From: Candidatus Saccharimonadota bacterium
GTDB taxonomy: Bacteria > Patescibacteriota > Microgenomatia > UBA1406 > GWC2-37-13
Assembly: GCA_016700135.1 (NCBI GenBank)
Contig: CP065004.1
Location: 90,001 to 122,000, forward strand
Direction of reading: 5' to 3'
DNA: 32,000 bases
Part shown: positions 24,722-32,000 of the stretch, piece after piece
Numbering within the stretch: the first letter of the stretch is position 1
Layout: each line of letters begins with the position of its first letter
The notes under the pieces: model-generated
Database searches by the model: none
What the model was told of the DNA's origin: nothing
What the model saw: only the letters and a program-made list of their open reading frames with translations
Translations under genes and position numbers: made by a program

Positions 24722-26187
24722 TATGGCGGGCTGACAATTACAAACGAATTATTTTTATCAAGGATGCGATATTCGATCCCCTCCGCCTCAAGATTCTGGA
24801 TAGCCCATATACGTGTTATTGCAACAAAGTCGGATCTCTCCGATCGGAACACCTTAACAAGTGTTGATCTCTCCTCAGGTTCATAAGAGACCTGTTTCAT
24901 GAATTTACCCGAATAAAAGACTGCCATCGGAAGAAAATCATCATCAAGATATATCTTCTGATCATATTTAGCTGCTTCCTTTGCGATCGCAACATCATCC
25001 GTCACGTATCTTGAATTTGGAATGACTTCATTATAAAAAACTTTCACCTGGATTCCTGCAATAAACACAATTGCAAGTATAAAAACTCCGGCAATTACCC
25101 TTTCGGATACATAGGTATTTATAAACTTTTGAACGGGTAAAACCGGAAATTTTTTTATAATTGTTACGGCAAAATTCCCAAGTTCCCACAAACCGTAAGC
25201 TACAATCAGCGATAACGGCAGATACACGGGAATGAGATGCCATATGTGGGTTTTATCCGTCGTCAGAAAGGGATACAATACTACCCCATTCCAAAAGAGA
25301 ATAATAAAAGCATTTCGTTTGATAAAGCGGAGCGTGATAATCAACGCGCCCAGCCCGAGATTCCACAAATAATACCACTTCCTTATTCCCATATGAAGAT
25401 AAAAGAGCGGAAGCTCATAGTTGAGACTGAAGTACGAAGCGGCAGTTTTGCTCCTTGTCCCGATTTCAAGAAAATGATGGGCAATAAAATCAGGGTATGT
25501 CAAAATATGCATGATATACCAGGGCCCGACAACGAAAAGAAATGCTGCAATTCCTCCCAAAAGCCATAGAATATTTTTTTTAATTTCCATGATGCGGGGA
25601 AACATAATCACACCGATCACCGGCAATGCAGAAATCCCGACCAGTGTTTTGGTCATCATAAGGGCTCCGAAAGCCAGCCCAACAAGAGGAAACAATTTGA
25701 TGTTTTTAACTGATTTGAGAGCAAGATATATTGTCAGGATATAGAAAAAAACGAAAGGAGAATCCAAATTCCCCGAACGCACCCTTATGACATACCATAC
25801 AGATGTACCGAGAATAAGTGCTGCGGCAAAACCTACTGCTTTTTTTTTGAATAATTCAGATCCGGTAAGATACACCAGAACAATCGAAAAAATTCCGAGA
25901 AGAACGGAAGGTAATCTCGTTGTAAACTCCGAAACGCCGAAAAACATATATGTCACCGCCATAATCCAGAACCCCATCGGCGGATGATCATAGAACGGAT
26001 ACCCGTTCCAGTTGGAGTACATGAAATCACCGCTTTTTGCCATTTCACGTGCTATCGAGCCGTACCAGGCTTCATCCCAGCTTCCGAGATTGGGCCAGTG
26101 CATTCTGAAGAAAAAAAGCGGTACAAATATCACGAGCAACACAATCAGATACCAGTCAAAACGAAATCGATTCGGGTTTGACTTCAT
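24721..26187 (-). CDS. ArnT/PMT_2-like GT-C membrane glycosyltransferase (488 aa)
   Basis: LGSWDEAWYGSIAREMAKSGDFMYSNWNGYPFYDHPPMGFWIMA is a textbook-looking ArnT/PMT_2 N-terminal loop. Polytopic with a C-terminal soluble domain of about 110 aa. Confidence 0.8.
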   Translation of the reverse strand: MKSNPNRFRFDWYLIVLLVIFVPLFFFRMHWPNLGSWDEAWYGSIAREMAKSGDFMYSNWNGYPFYDHPPMGFWIMAVTYMFFGVSEFTTRLPSVLLGIFSIVLVYLTGSELFKKKAVGFAAALILGTSVWYVIRVRSGNLDSPFVFFYILTIYLALKSVKNIKLFPLVGLAFGALMMTKTLVGISALPVIGVIMFPRIMEIKKNILWLLGGIAAFLFVVGPWYIMHILTYPDFIAHHFLEIGTRSKTAASYFSLNYELPLFYLHMGIRKWYYLWNLGLGALIITLRFIKRNAFIILFWNGVVLYPFLTTDKTHIWHLIPVYLPLSLIVAYGLWELGNFAVTIIKKFPVLPVQKFINTYVSERVIAGVFILAIVFIAGIQVKVFYNEVIPNSRYVTDDVAIAKEAAKYDQKIYLDDDFLPMAVFYSGKFMKQVSYEPEERSTLVKVFRSERSDFVAITRIWAIQNLEAEGIEYRILDKNNSFVIVSPP

Positions 26188-26190
26188 ACG

Positions 26191-27699
26191 TCAGCGGAAA
26201 ATGATCGAATTTAACATAAAGGGATTCGATTCTACAGCCAATTGCTCATCAGTTAAATTGTACCTTTCGATTTTGTAAGTTTTTGAGACCGTCTCAATTC
26301 GTGCCGGCTCTGTGGCAATCCTGACATCATAGGTTTTCCACGTCATGTGATTTGTGAATTCATGATCTCCCGGATCGTCAATCATGAGATAAGTCACCGG
26401 TTTCTTTTGATAGGGATAGGCAGATTTATCAGGATTCAGTCTGTCAAGATAATTCATGGCATACCTGGATGAGTATCCGTACTGATCTGTCGTATAGATG
26501 TAATACCCGAATTCAGAAGGTGCATCATTAAAGACGCGCAGCGCTGCATCTTTGAAAAAGAGCCAGTTCCCTTGGGTAAAATCCTGATCTACTGTTTTCC
26601 AATACAGGACCTGCATGTTATTCAACAAAAGGACGGCAAGCAATACCGCAAATACTTTTTTATTGAAGTATTTGTATGTGGAAGCAAAAAAGATCGCAAC
26701 GATACCGACAAAAGGAATGTAATAATAGCCCCAAATGACGCCTTTATACGCAAGCGTCAGTGCCCAGAAACCTCCCAGAAGGTATACAAACAAAAGATAT
26801 TTATCGGATAAATTAATTTTTTTGACTTCCTTAATGAGGGTAAAAACCAAGGAAAAGCCGACAAAGAACGTAATCCAGAGAATATCATAGGTGATCATGC
26901 CGAGCGAATCATTCATTAGGAAATTGATTCTCTGATACAGAAGCTCACGGAAAGGCATATAGACCTTACCTGCGTTCTCAGCTCCGTTCAGATACCCGAA
27001 AACAGAGCGAATCTGAAGAAAGTCATGCCTGAGTTCAAATAAAATATAACTTGAAGTTGGTACAACTATGACAAGCATCATCAGAAGGTTTATCCACTTT
27101 TTTTTGATGATTGTTCTAAAAAGAATATACGGAGTTATCAGTATCAGCATCGGTACACCGAATGCCATTTGAAACTGAATAATACACCCCAGGATAAACA
27201 TTGCAGCCGCCAATACCAAAGGGTTATCCTTCTTAATAAACAACCATAATAAATAGAAAAAAACCGGAAACAGGAGAACTGCTCCTGACGGATTGAAAAA
27301 CGCATACACCGAACTCCCGTATGCCGAAGAATAAACCAAACTGGCAATCATGGCTGCTTTTTCATCAAACATGCGTCGTGCTACTTCATAAACTACTCCG
27401 ACACTTACGACAAACAACAGTATCCAGAACCATCCGACCGCCACCGGGTTTCCGCCCCCCAGGACATATGCCGGCAGGTTGACATACAGCCACAAAGGCC
27501 CGTGAAACACTCCGGGAATACCGCCTGATCTCGGACCGATAAGAGTGATGTTCTTGTTGTAATAGACGTCATCAAGAAGTAGAAAATCCCTTGCTATATC
27601 AGTATGAAAGTCTATGTTGCCGTGAAGTATCGGCCATGCAGAAAAAATAATAATAACGGTTAAAAGAATAAAAAAAAGCGCACGATACAGTTTCTGCAT
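26191..27699 (-). CDS. Polytopic membrane protein (502 aa from ATG 27699), possibly a divergent GT-C glycosyltransferase
   Basis: MQKLYRALFFILLTVIIIF (TM1) is followed by the acidic loop HGNIDFHTDIARDFLLLDDV ... GPRSGGIPGVFHGPLW. There are many helices and a C-terminal soluble domain of about 130 aa. The tracked ORF start at 27765 adds 22 implausible residues. Confidence 0.5.
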   Translation of the reverse strand: MQKLYRALFFILLTVIIIFSAWPILHGNIDFHTDIARDFLLLDDVYYNKNITLIGPRSGGIPGVFHGPLWLYVNLPAYVLGGGNPVAVGWFWILLFVVSVGVVYEVARRMFDEKAAMIASLVYSSAYGSSVYAFFNPSGAVLLFPVFFYLLWLFIKKDNPLVLAAAMFILGCIIQFQMAFGVPMLILITPYILFRTIIKKKWINLLMMLVIVVPTSSYILFELRHDFLQIRSVFGYLNGAENAGKVYMPFRELLYQRINFLMNDSLGMITYDILWITFFVGFSLVFTLIKEVKKINLSDKYLLFVYLLGGFWALTLAYKGVIWGYYYIPFVGIVAIFFASTYKYFNKKVFAVLLAVLLLNNMQVLYWKTVDQDFTQGNWLFFKDAALRVFNDAPSEFGYYIYTTDQYGYSSRYAMNYLDRLNPDKSAYPYQKKPVTYLMIDDPGDHEFTNHMTWKTYDVRIATEPARIETVSKTYKIERYNLTDEQLAVESNPFMLNSIIFR

Positions 27700-27736
27700 G
27701 AATGTAATGAATTTTGGTAATTTATAGCTAAAAACT

Positions 27737-27742
27737 ATTATA
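27737..27742 (-). promoter_or_regulatory. Putative -10 box (TATAAT within TTGTATAAT) for the minus-strand four-gene block starting at 27699
   Basis: A perfect hexamer lies 37 nt upstream of ATG 27699 in the 88-bp AT-rich divergent intergenic region. No clear -35. Confidence 0.3.
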
Positions 27743-27760
27743 CAATTATGGTAATAGCCA

Positions 27761-27766
27761 TACAAT
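27761..27766 (+). promoter_or_regulatory. Possible -10 box (TACAAT) for the plus-strand block starting at 27788
   Basis: The hexamer lies 21 nt upstream of the ATG at 27788. No clear -35 or Shine-Dalgarno sequence. Weak call. Confidence 0.2.
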
Positions 27767-27787
27767 ACAAGATCTTACACATTTCTT

Positions 27788-28597
27788 ATGAAAAACGACA
27801 AAATAACAGTTCTCATTCATACTCACAATGAAGAAAAGAATATTAAGGAATGTATCACATCAGCCCGGATACTAAGTAACGAAATCATTGTGATTGACAT
27901 GGAAAGCACTGACAGGACGACTGAGATTGCAACAAGTGAAAACGTAACGATAAAAACTTTTCCTTTCTCACACTATGTAGAGCCCGCGCGTGAGTTCGGC
28001 ATCAGACAGGCATCAACCGACTGGGTTTTCATTCTTGATGCTGATGAACGCATGACACAGGAATTGACTGATGAGATAAATGGACTAACCGGACCATCCC
28101 CCCTATCATCTACAACCTACAGCCTACTATCTACTCACTACAAAGTCCCCCGGAAAAATATTTTCGGAAAACAAAAATGGCTCAAATATGGTGGCTGGTG
28201 GCCGGATCATCAGATGAGATTGTTGAATAAAAAATCATTTAAGGAGTGGCCTGAACGTATACATTCAACTCCCGTTTTTGAAGGGGATTTGGGCTATTTG
28301 GAAAACCCGATTTTACATTATTTTCACGGTGACATTGAGCAGATGGTCAACAAAACAATGATATTTGAAGATATCGAATCAGATCTTCTTTTTCAAGCGA
28401 AAAGACCGGTCGGGACACTGACTTTTTTCCGGAAGTTTTTCGGAGAATTATTCCGCCGTCTCATACTTAAAAAAGGTTTTATGGACGGGACAATTGGTAT
28501 AATTGAGAGTTTCTATCAGGCATATTCGAAAACAATCACCTATTTGTTTTTGTATGAAAAATACTACAACGAAAGAAAAAAAAGCGGCTCTGTATGA
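27788..28597 (+). CDS. Family 2 glycosyltransferase (269 aa), paralog of 7088-7978
   Basis: ITVLIHTHNEEKNI, IIVIDMESTDRT, VFILDADERM (DxD) and GGWWPDHQMRLLNKK. Confidence 0.8.
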   Translation: MKNDKITVLIHTHNEEKNIKECITSARILSNEIIVIDMESTDRTTEIATSENVTIKTFPFSHYVEPAREFGIRQASTDWVFILDADERMTQELTDEINGLTGPSPLSSTTYSLLSTHYKVPRKNIFGKQKWLKYGGWWPDHQMRLLNKKSFKEWPERIHSTPVFEGDLGYLENPILHYFHGDIEQMVNKTMIFEDIESDLLFQAKRPVGTLTFFRKFFGELFRRLILKKGFMDGTIGIIESFYQAYSKTITYLFLYEKYYNERKKSGSV

Positions 28598-29642
28598 TCC
28601 GTATTTTGATACGATGGGAGGAGGAGAAAAACATATCCTTTCAATTCTCAAGGTATTGGACGATCATGATTATGAGATCACGATATACTGGGATACTGAT
28701 TTAACGGATGAGATTGTACAAAAACTGGGTTTGAAATTTAAGCGTATCCGCTTTAAAAAAAATATTTTCAAATACGGAGATCTTCTTACAAAAACAAAGG
28801 AACTATCGCAATACGATAGGTTTTTCTATGTCACTGACGGCAGCTATTTTTTCTCTACTGCCAAACAAAATTTCGTGTTCTGCATGGTCCCTCAGAAATC
28901 GTTATACAACATGGGCGTTGCTAATAAACTTAAAACAAGAAATTTTCGTTTTATTGCAAACTCTGAATTTACACGTAACTGGCTGAGCAAATGGGGTATG
29001 CAAGCAGAGGTAGTGTATCCCTATTTACCGGATGAATACATCAACCGGGATACTCAAAAGAAGGAAAAAATAATTCTGAGTGTTGGGAGGTTTTTCCGCC
29101 AGCTTCACTCTAAAAGACAGGATATTGCAATACAATGGTTCATTGATCTGCAAAAAGCCGGTGACAGATACAAAGATTACGAGCTCCACTTGGCTGGAAG
29201 CGTCCTCCCTTCTGACACGGAATATCTGCAAGAGTTGCAGGAGTCAGCAAAAGGCAATCAGAATATTCATTTTCACACTAATATTTCTTATGCGGATGTT
29301 TTAACATTGTACAAAAGAGCAGAATATTATTGGCACTTCGCCGGATATGATATCGATCAGGAAGAACATCCTGAGCGGACTGAACATCTCGGCATCACGC
29401 CTCTTGAAGCTATGGCATCGGGATGTCTCACATTTGCCTATCGGGCAGGAGGTCCTTCAGAAATTATTCAGGACAATGAAACAGGGTTTCTCTTCAGAAC
29501 GCAGGAAGAACTTTTTGAAAAAATGAAAAGTGCTGAAGATATCAGGACAGAAGTACTGTCATCTGCAAAAGCATACGTAAGCAGGAATTTTTCTTACCAG
29601 ACATTCCGTAAACAAGTTGAACACATTATTCTCAATCAATGA
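28554..29642 (+). CDS. Family 4 glycosyltransferase (GT-B fold, Glycos_transf_1), 362 aa from ATG 28554
   Basis: AALYDPYFDTMGGGEKH at the N-terminus, and the C-terminal EX7E region EHLGITPLEAMASGCLTFAYRAGGPSEIIQDNETGFLF. The tracked ORF start at 28503 is a TTG. ATG 28554 gives a typical GT4 N-terminus but overlaps the upstream GT2 by 44 nt. Confidence 0.8.
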   Translation: MKNTTTKEKKAALYDPYFDTMGGGEKHILSILKVLDDHDYEITIYWDTDLTDEIVQKLGLKFKRIRFKKNIFKYGDLLTKTKELSQYDRFFYVTDGSYFFSTAKQNFVFCMVPQKSLYNMGVANKLKTRNFRFIANSEFTRNWLSKWGMQAEVVYPYLPDEYINRDTQKKEKIILSVGRFFRQLHSKRQDIAIQWFIDLQKAGDRYKDYELHLAGSVLPSDTEYLQELQESAKGNQNIHFHTNISYADVLTLYKRAEYYWHFAGYDIDQEEHPERTEHLGITPLEAMASGCLTFAYRAGGPSEIIQDNETGFLFRTQEELFEKMKSAEDIRTEVLSSAKAYVSRNFSYQTFRKQVEHIILNQ

Positions 29643-30535
29643 ATATCTCAGTAATCATACCCACATATCGCAACACTGAAGTGCTTCTCAAAAATCTGAA
29701 GCATAACCTGCCCTACCTTGACGGATGCGAAATTATTGTAGTAAATGATTATCCGAAGCAAACAATAAAAAAAGACCTTAATCAATTCGCGCAGATCAGA
29801 GTGATTGAGAACATGACAAACAAAGGATTTGCCGGAACGGTAAATACGGGAGTCAGAGAAGCAACAAGAGATTATATTCTTCTTCTTAATGATGACGTAA
29901 AACTGCTGAATAGCTCATATAAAAAAGCATTTGATCAGCTTCAGGAAGATAAAACGCTGTTTGCAGTATCATTCGCCCAGAAAGAAACAAACGGATCAAT
30001 CGTCGGGAAGAACATGATCTATTGGAAAAACGGTTTTCTACAGCATCAGGCGGTCAAACCGGATACTGCCGGTCCGAATGCCTGGGCGGAAGGGGGCTCC
30101 TGTCTTGTTGATAAGAAAAAATTTGATGAACTGCACGGCTTTGATGAGATGTTTAACCCTTTTTATTGGGAAGATATTGATCTTTCATATCGGGCGTGGA
30201 AAAAAGGATATCGGATCGAGTTCAATCCGCAGATTTTAGTGGAACACCATCATGAAACAACCATAAGCAGTCATTTCCAAAAGGACCGTATCGAGGCAAT
30301 TGCATACAGAAATCAGTTGTTATTCACTTGGAAAAATATCTCTTCATGGGATCTCCTGATCGCTCACAAACTGCATCTTATCAAGAGACTTGTAAGCGCT
30401 ATAATGAAAAATGATGTCAATTTTCTTGAGGGTTTTATCCAGGCTCTGAAGCGATTTCCTCAAGCCTTTATTAAACATTTCAGGAATCCGAAATTACGTT
30501 CTGATCATGAACTACTTAAAACATTTACTCAATAA
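29639..30535 (+). CDS. Family 2 glycosyltransferase, WbbL/rhamnosyltransferase-like subgroup (298 aa)
   Basis: ISVIIPTYRN, IIVVNDYP, NKGFAGTVNTGVREA, LLLNDDV and FYWEDIDLSYRAWKKGYRI. ATGA overlap with the upstream gene. Confidence 0.8.
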   Translation: MNISVIIPTYRNTEVLLKNLKHNLPYLDGCEIIVVNDYPKQTIKKDLNQFAQIRVIENMTNKGFAGTVNTGVREATRDYILLLNDDVKLLNSSYKKAFDQLQEDKTLFAVSFAQKETNGSIVGKNMIYWKNGFLQHQAVKPDTAGPNAWAEGGSCLVDKKKFDELHGFDEMFNPFYWEDIDLSYRAWKKGYRIEFNPQILVEHHHETTISSHFQKDRIEAIAYRNQLLFTWKNISSWDLLIAHKLHLIKRLVSAIMKNDVNFLEGFIQALKRFPQAFIKHFRNPKLRSDHELLKTFTQ

Positions 30536-32000
30536 AAAAGCTTATCTGCTGCTGGCACTGTTTACTTTTGTAACGGTGATGCTTCATATGAGACAGATTG
30601 AATTCCCCTGCTTCAACTCCGATGAAGCATCTTTTGCATACAACGCTTATTCAATCGCAAAAACGGCACGTGATGAATACGGGACGCTACTCCCGACGCG
30701 TTTTAAAGCATTCGGAGAAAATAAACTTCCCGTCACAATCTATACGATTGCCGCGTTCGTCGGTCCATTGGGACTGAGCGAGACAACGGCACGACTGCCG
30801 TTTATTCTCATCGGAATTATTTCTCCGATTCTCTTTTTTGTTTTAACAAAGAAACTAACCGGAAAAGAATCAATCGGACTTATAACGGCATTTCTAGCAA
30901 GCATCTCCCCGTGGATTCAGATCATGTCGCGACACATTCATGAGAATATCATCATGCTTGTATTAGTGATAGGTATGCTGTGGATTTTGTACGAACTGCA
31001 AAAAAAGGTGACAATGAGGAGACTTCTTTTCCTTTCTCTCCTGGTCGGAATCGGCCTTTTCACCTATCACATCGGGAAAGTAATAGCAGTGTTTGTACTG
31101 ATGTGGGTAGCGTATTTGATACTGTTGAAAAAACAAAACCGTTCCCATATGAAAGAAGCTGCGGTTATTTTTGCAATCCCATTTGTCATCTTCGGGGCAA
31201 CGGAGTTGATGAACCCGACAAGCCGCATAAGCAATTTACTTTTTACAAGCAACAAAGGATTTACCCTCTCTATTGAAGAACTTCGCAAAGAGCATGATTC
31301 GCGCATAGTTCACAACAAAATCTCAAAATCCGTTTCCGTCCTTTCGAATCAGTACCTTTCTTATTTCTCCCCTGAGTTTTTAGTAAGAAAAGGTGATAAC
31401 AACGCAAGATTCGGATTTGAAGGAATATCTCCTATAACTCCGGTAACCTACATATTTATTCTTATCGGACTGTATTTTATGTTCAAAAACAGAGAAGAGT
31501 CGCGATTTTTGCTAGTGTCACTGATGCTTACGGCACCGCTTTCTGCAGCACTGTCATGGCAGGAATATTCTCTGACCAGATCATTTTTGCTTATTATTCC
31601 TTTCCTGATTTTTGCATCTTACGGGATATATCACGGTACTCTCACGTTTAAGAAAACTTCTTTTAGAATCCTTTTTCTGACAGTTGTTCTTGGAAGTATT
31701 CTCTATTTCAATTTCTTCAGCTGGGATTTTTACTTCAATCACTATCCGAAGCGTGTTGAGGCAATTTACGGATGGCAGTGCGGATATAAAAATATGGGCC
31801 AATACATCAAGGAAAATTACAATAATTTTGAGAGGTTTTATATCACCAAAAAACTGGGACAGCCGTATATCTTTACTCTGTTTTATCTGCAGTATCTGCC
31901 TTCTGATTACCACAAGCAGGCTGAACTGACTGAGCTTGACGAATACGGTTTCGGGCAGGTAGAGAAATATGACAAATTCATTTTTGATATGCCCGAGCCG
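30507..32000 (+). CDS. PMT_2/ArnT-like GT-C membrane glycosyltransferase, paralog family A; the 3' end lies beyond the window (498 codons seen)
   Basis: Absent from the ORF track because no stop is reached. My translation from ATG 30507 gives MNYLKHLLNKKAYLLLALFTFVTVMLHMRQIEFPCFNSDEASFAYNAYSIAKTARDEYGTLLPTRFKAFGENKLP ... VRKGDNNARFGFEG ... RFYITKKLGQPYIFTLFYLQY. The frame is open to nt 32000. Overlaps the upstream gene by 29 nt. Confidence 0.7.
   Translation, partial: MNYLKHLLNKKAYLLLALFTFVTVMLHMRQIEFPCFNSDEASFAYNAYSIAKTARDEYGTLLPTRFKAFGENKLPVTIYTIAAFVGPLGLSETTARLPFILIGIISPILFFVLTKKLTGKESIGLITAFLASISPWIQIMSRHIHENIIMLVLVIGMLWILYELQKKVTMRRLLFLSLLVGIGLFTYHIGKVIAVFVLMWVAYLILLKKQNRSHMKEAAVIFAIPFVIFGATELMNPTSRISNLLFTSNKGFTLSIEELRKEHDSRIVHNKISKSVSVLSNQYLSYFSPEFLVRKGDNNARFGFEGISPITPVTYIFILIGLYFMFKNREESRFLLVSLMLTAPLSAALSWQEYSLTRSFLLIIPFLIFASYGIYHGTLTFKKTSFRILFLTVVLGSILYFNFFSWDFYFNHYPKRVEAIYGWQCGYKNMGQYIKENYNNFERFYITKKLGQPYIFTLFYLQYLPSDYHKQAELTELDEYGFGQVEKYDKFIFDMPEP

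Noticed and set aside
28190-28215. WWPD motif in the GT2 proteins (also at about 7450) as a possible oligosaccharyltransferase WWDYG signature.
   Set aside because: The motif sits in soluble GT-A-type proteins of about 270-300 aa with no TM domain. It reads WWPD(H/Y)Q, not WWDYG. No STT3/PglB/AglB-like protein is evident in the window.
28503-28553. Tracked start of the GT4 ORF at 28503.
   Set aside because: That start codon is TTG, and the added residues (RVSIRHIRKQSPICFC) look like out-of-frame GT2 sequence. ATG 28554 gives the canonical GT4 N-terminus (..AALYDPYFDTMGGGEKH).
28576-28583. A AAA AAA slippery-like heptamer inside the 44-nt GT2/GT4 overlap as a programmed frameshift site that would fuse the two enzymes.
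   Set aside because: The GT4 frame is +1, not -1, relative to the GT2 frame, so a classical -1 slip would not join them. I saw no downstream stimulatory structure. Independent initiation at ATG 28554 explains the layout.
1-32000. Possibility of an alternative genetic code (UGA recoded, as in some candidate phyla).
   Set aside because: TGA ends genes exactly where the next gene begins (ATGA at 975-978 and 29639-29642, TGA at 12781-12783 and 26191-26193). All long ORFs are uninterrupted under the standard code.
1-32000. Search for tRNA, rRNA, CRISPR arrays, retron/DGR-type elements, toxin-antitoxin pairs or defence genes.
   Set aside because: No non-coding gap is longer than about 90 bp. I saw no direct-repeat arrays, and no reverse transcriptase, nuclease, ATPase or small paired ORFs. 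Every sizeable ORF is a membrane protein, a glycosyltransferase, the flippase, the secreted orphan or the transposase.

Overview
This 32-kb window is about 40% GC by eye, uses the standard genetic code, and is almost entirely coding. No non-coding gap exceeds about 90 bp, so there is no room for rRNA, tRNA or CRISPR features. It holds 23 cellular genes and one intact insertion sequence. The content is a very dense envelope-glycosylation island. Sixteen of the 23 genes, about 23.3 kb by summing my coordinates, encode 370-580 aa polytopic membrane proteins. Most of these have a short N-terminus, then TM1, then an acidic loop (WDE, SDE, IDE, NDE, HDE, HD..E), which is the arrangement typical of GT-C fold glycosyltransferases that use polyprenyl-phosphate sugars. 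Several sequence-distinct subfamilies are present: ArnT/PMT_2-like, PTPS-related/YfhO-like, ALG6/ALG8- or Gpi18-like, and MptB/PimE (DUF2029/GT87)-like. Three further membrane proteins I cannot place. Interspersed are one MOP/Wzx-type flippase, four cytoplasmic GT2 enzymes (two paralogous pairs), one GT4 enzyme, and one 682-aa signal-peptide protein of unknown function. A 715-bp IS1595-family (IS1016-like) element with perfect 15-bp inverted repeats and a 7-bp target duplication sits on the stop codon of a GT2 gene. Genes are tightly packed: co-directional neighbours overlap by 1-44 nt, three convergent pairs overlap at their 3' ends, and one divergent pair overlaps at the start codons. Several transcription-unit starts have a perfect TATAAT 6-7 nt upstream of the ATG, which suggests leaderless mRNAs. 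The gene style and content resemble a Candidate Phyla Radiation (Patescibacteria, Microgenomates-like) genome, but that is inference only. All family assignments come from motif recognition by eye, with no database searches.
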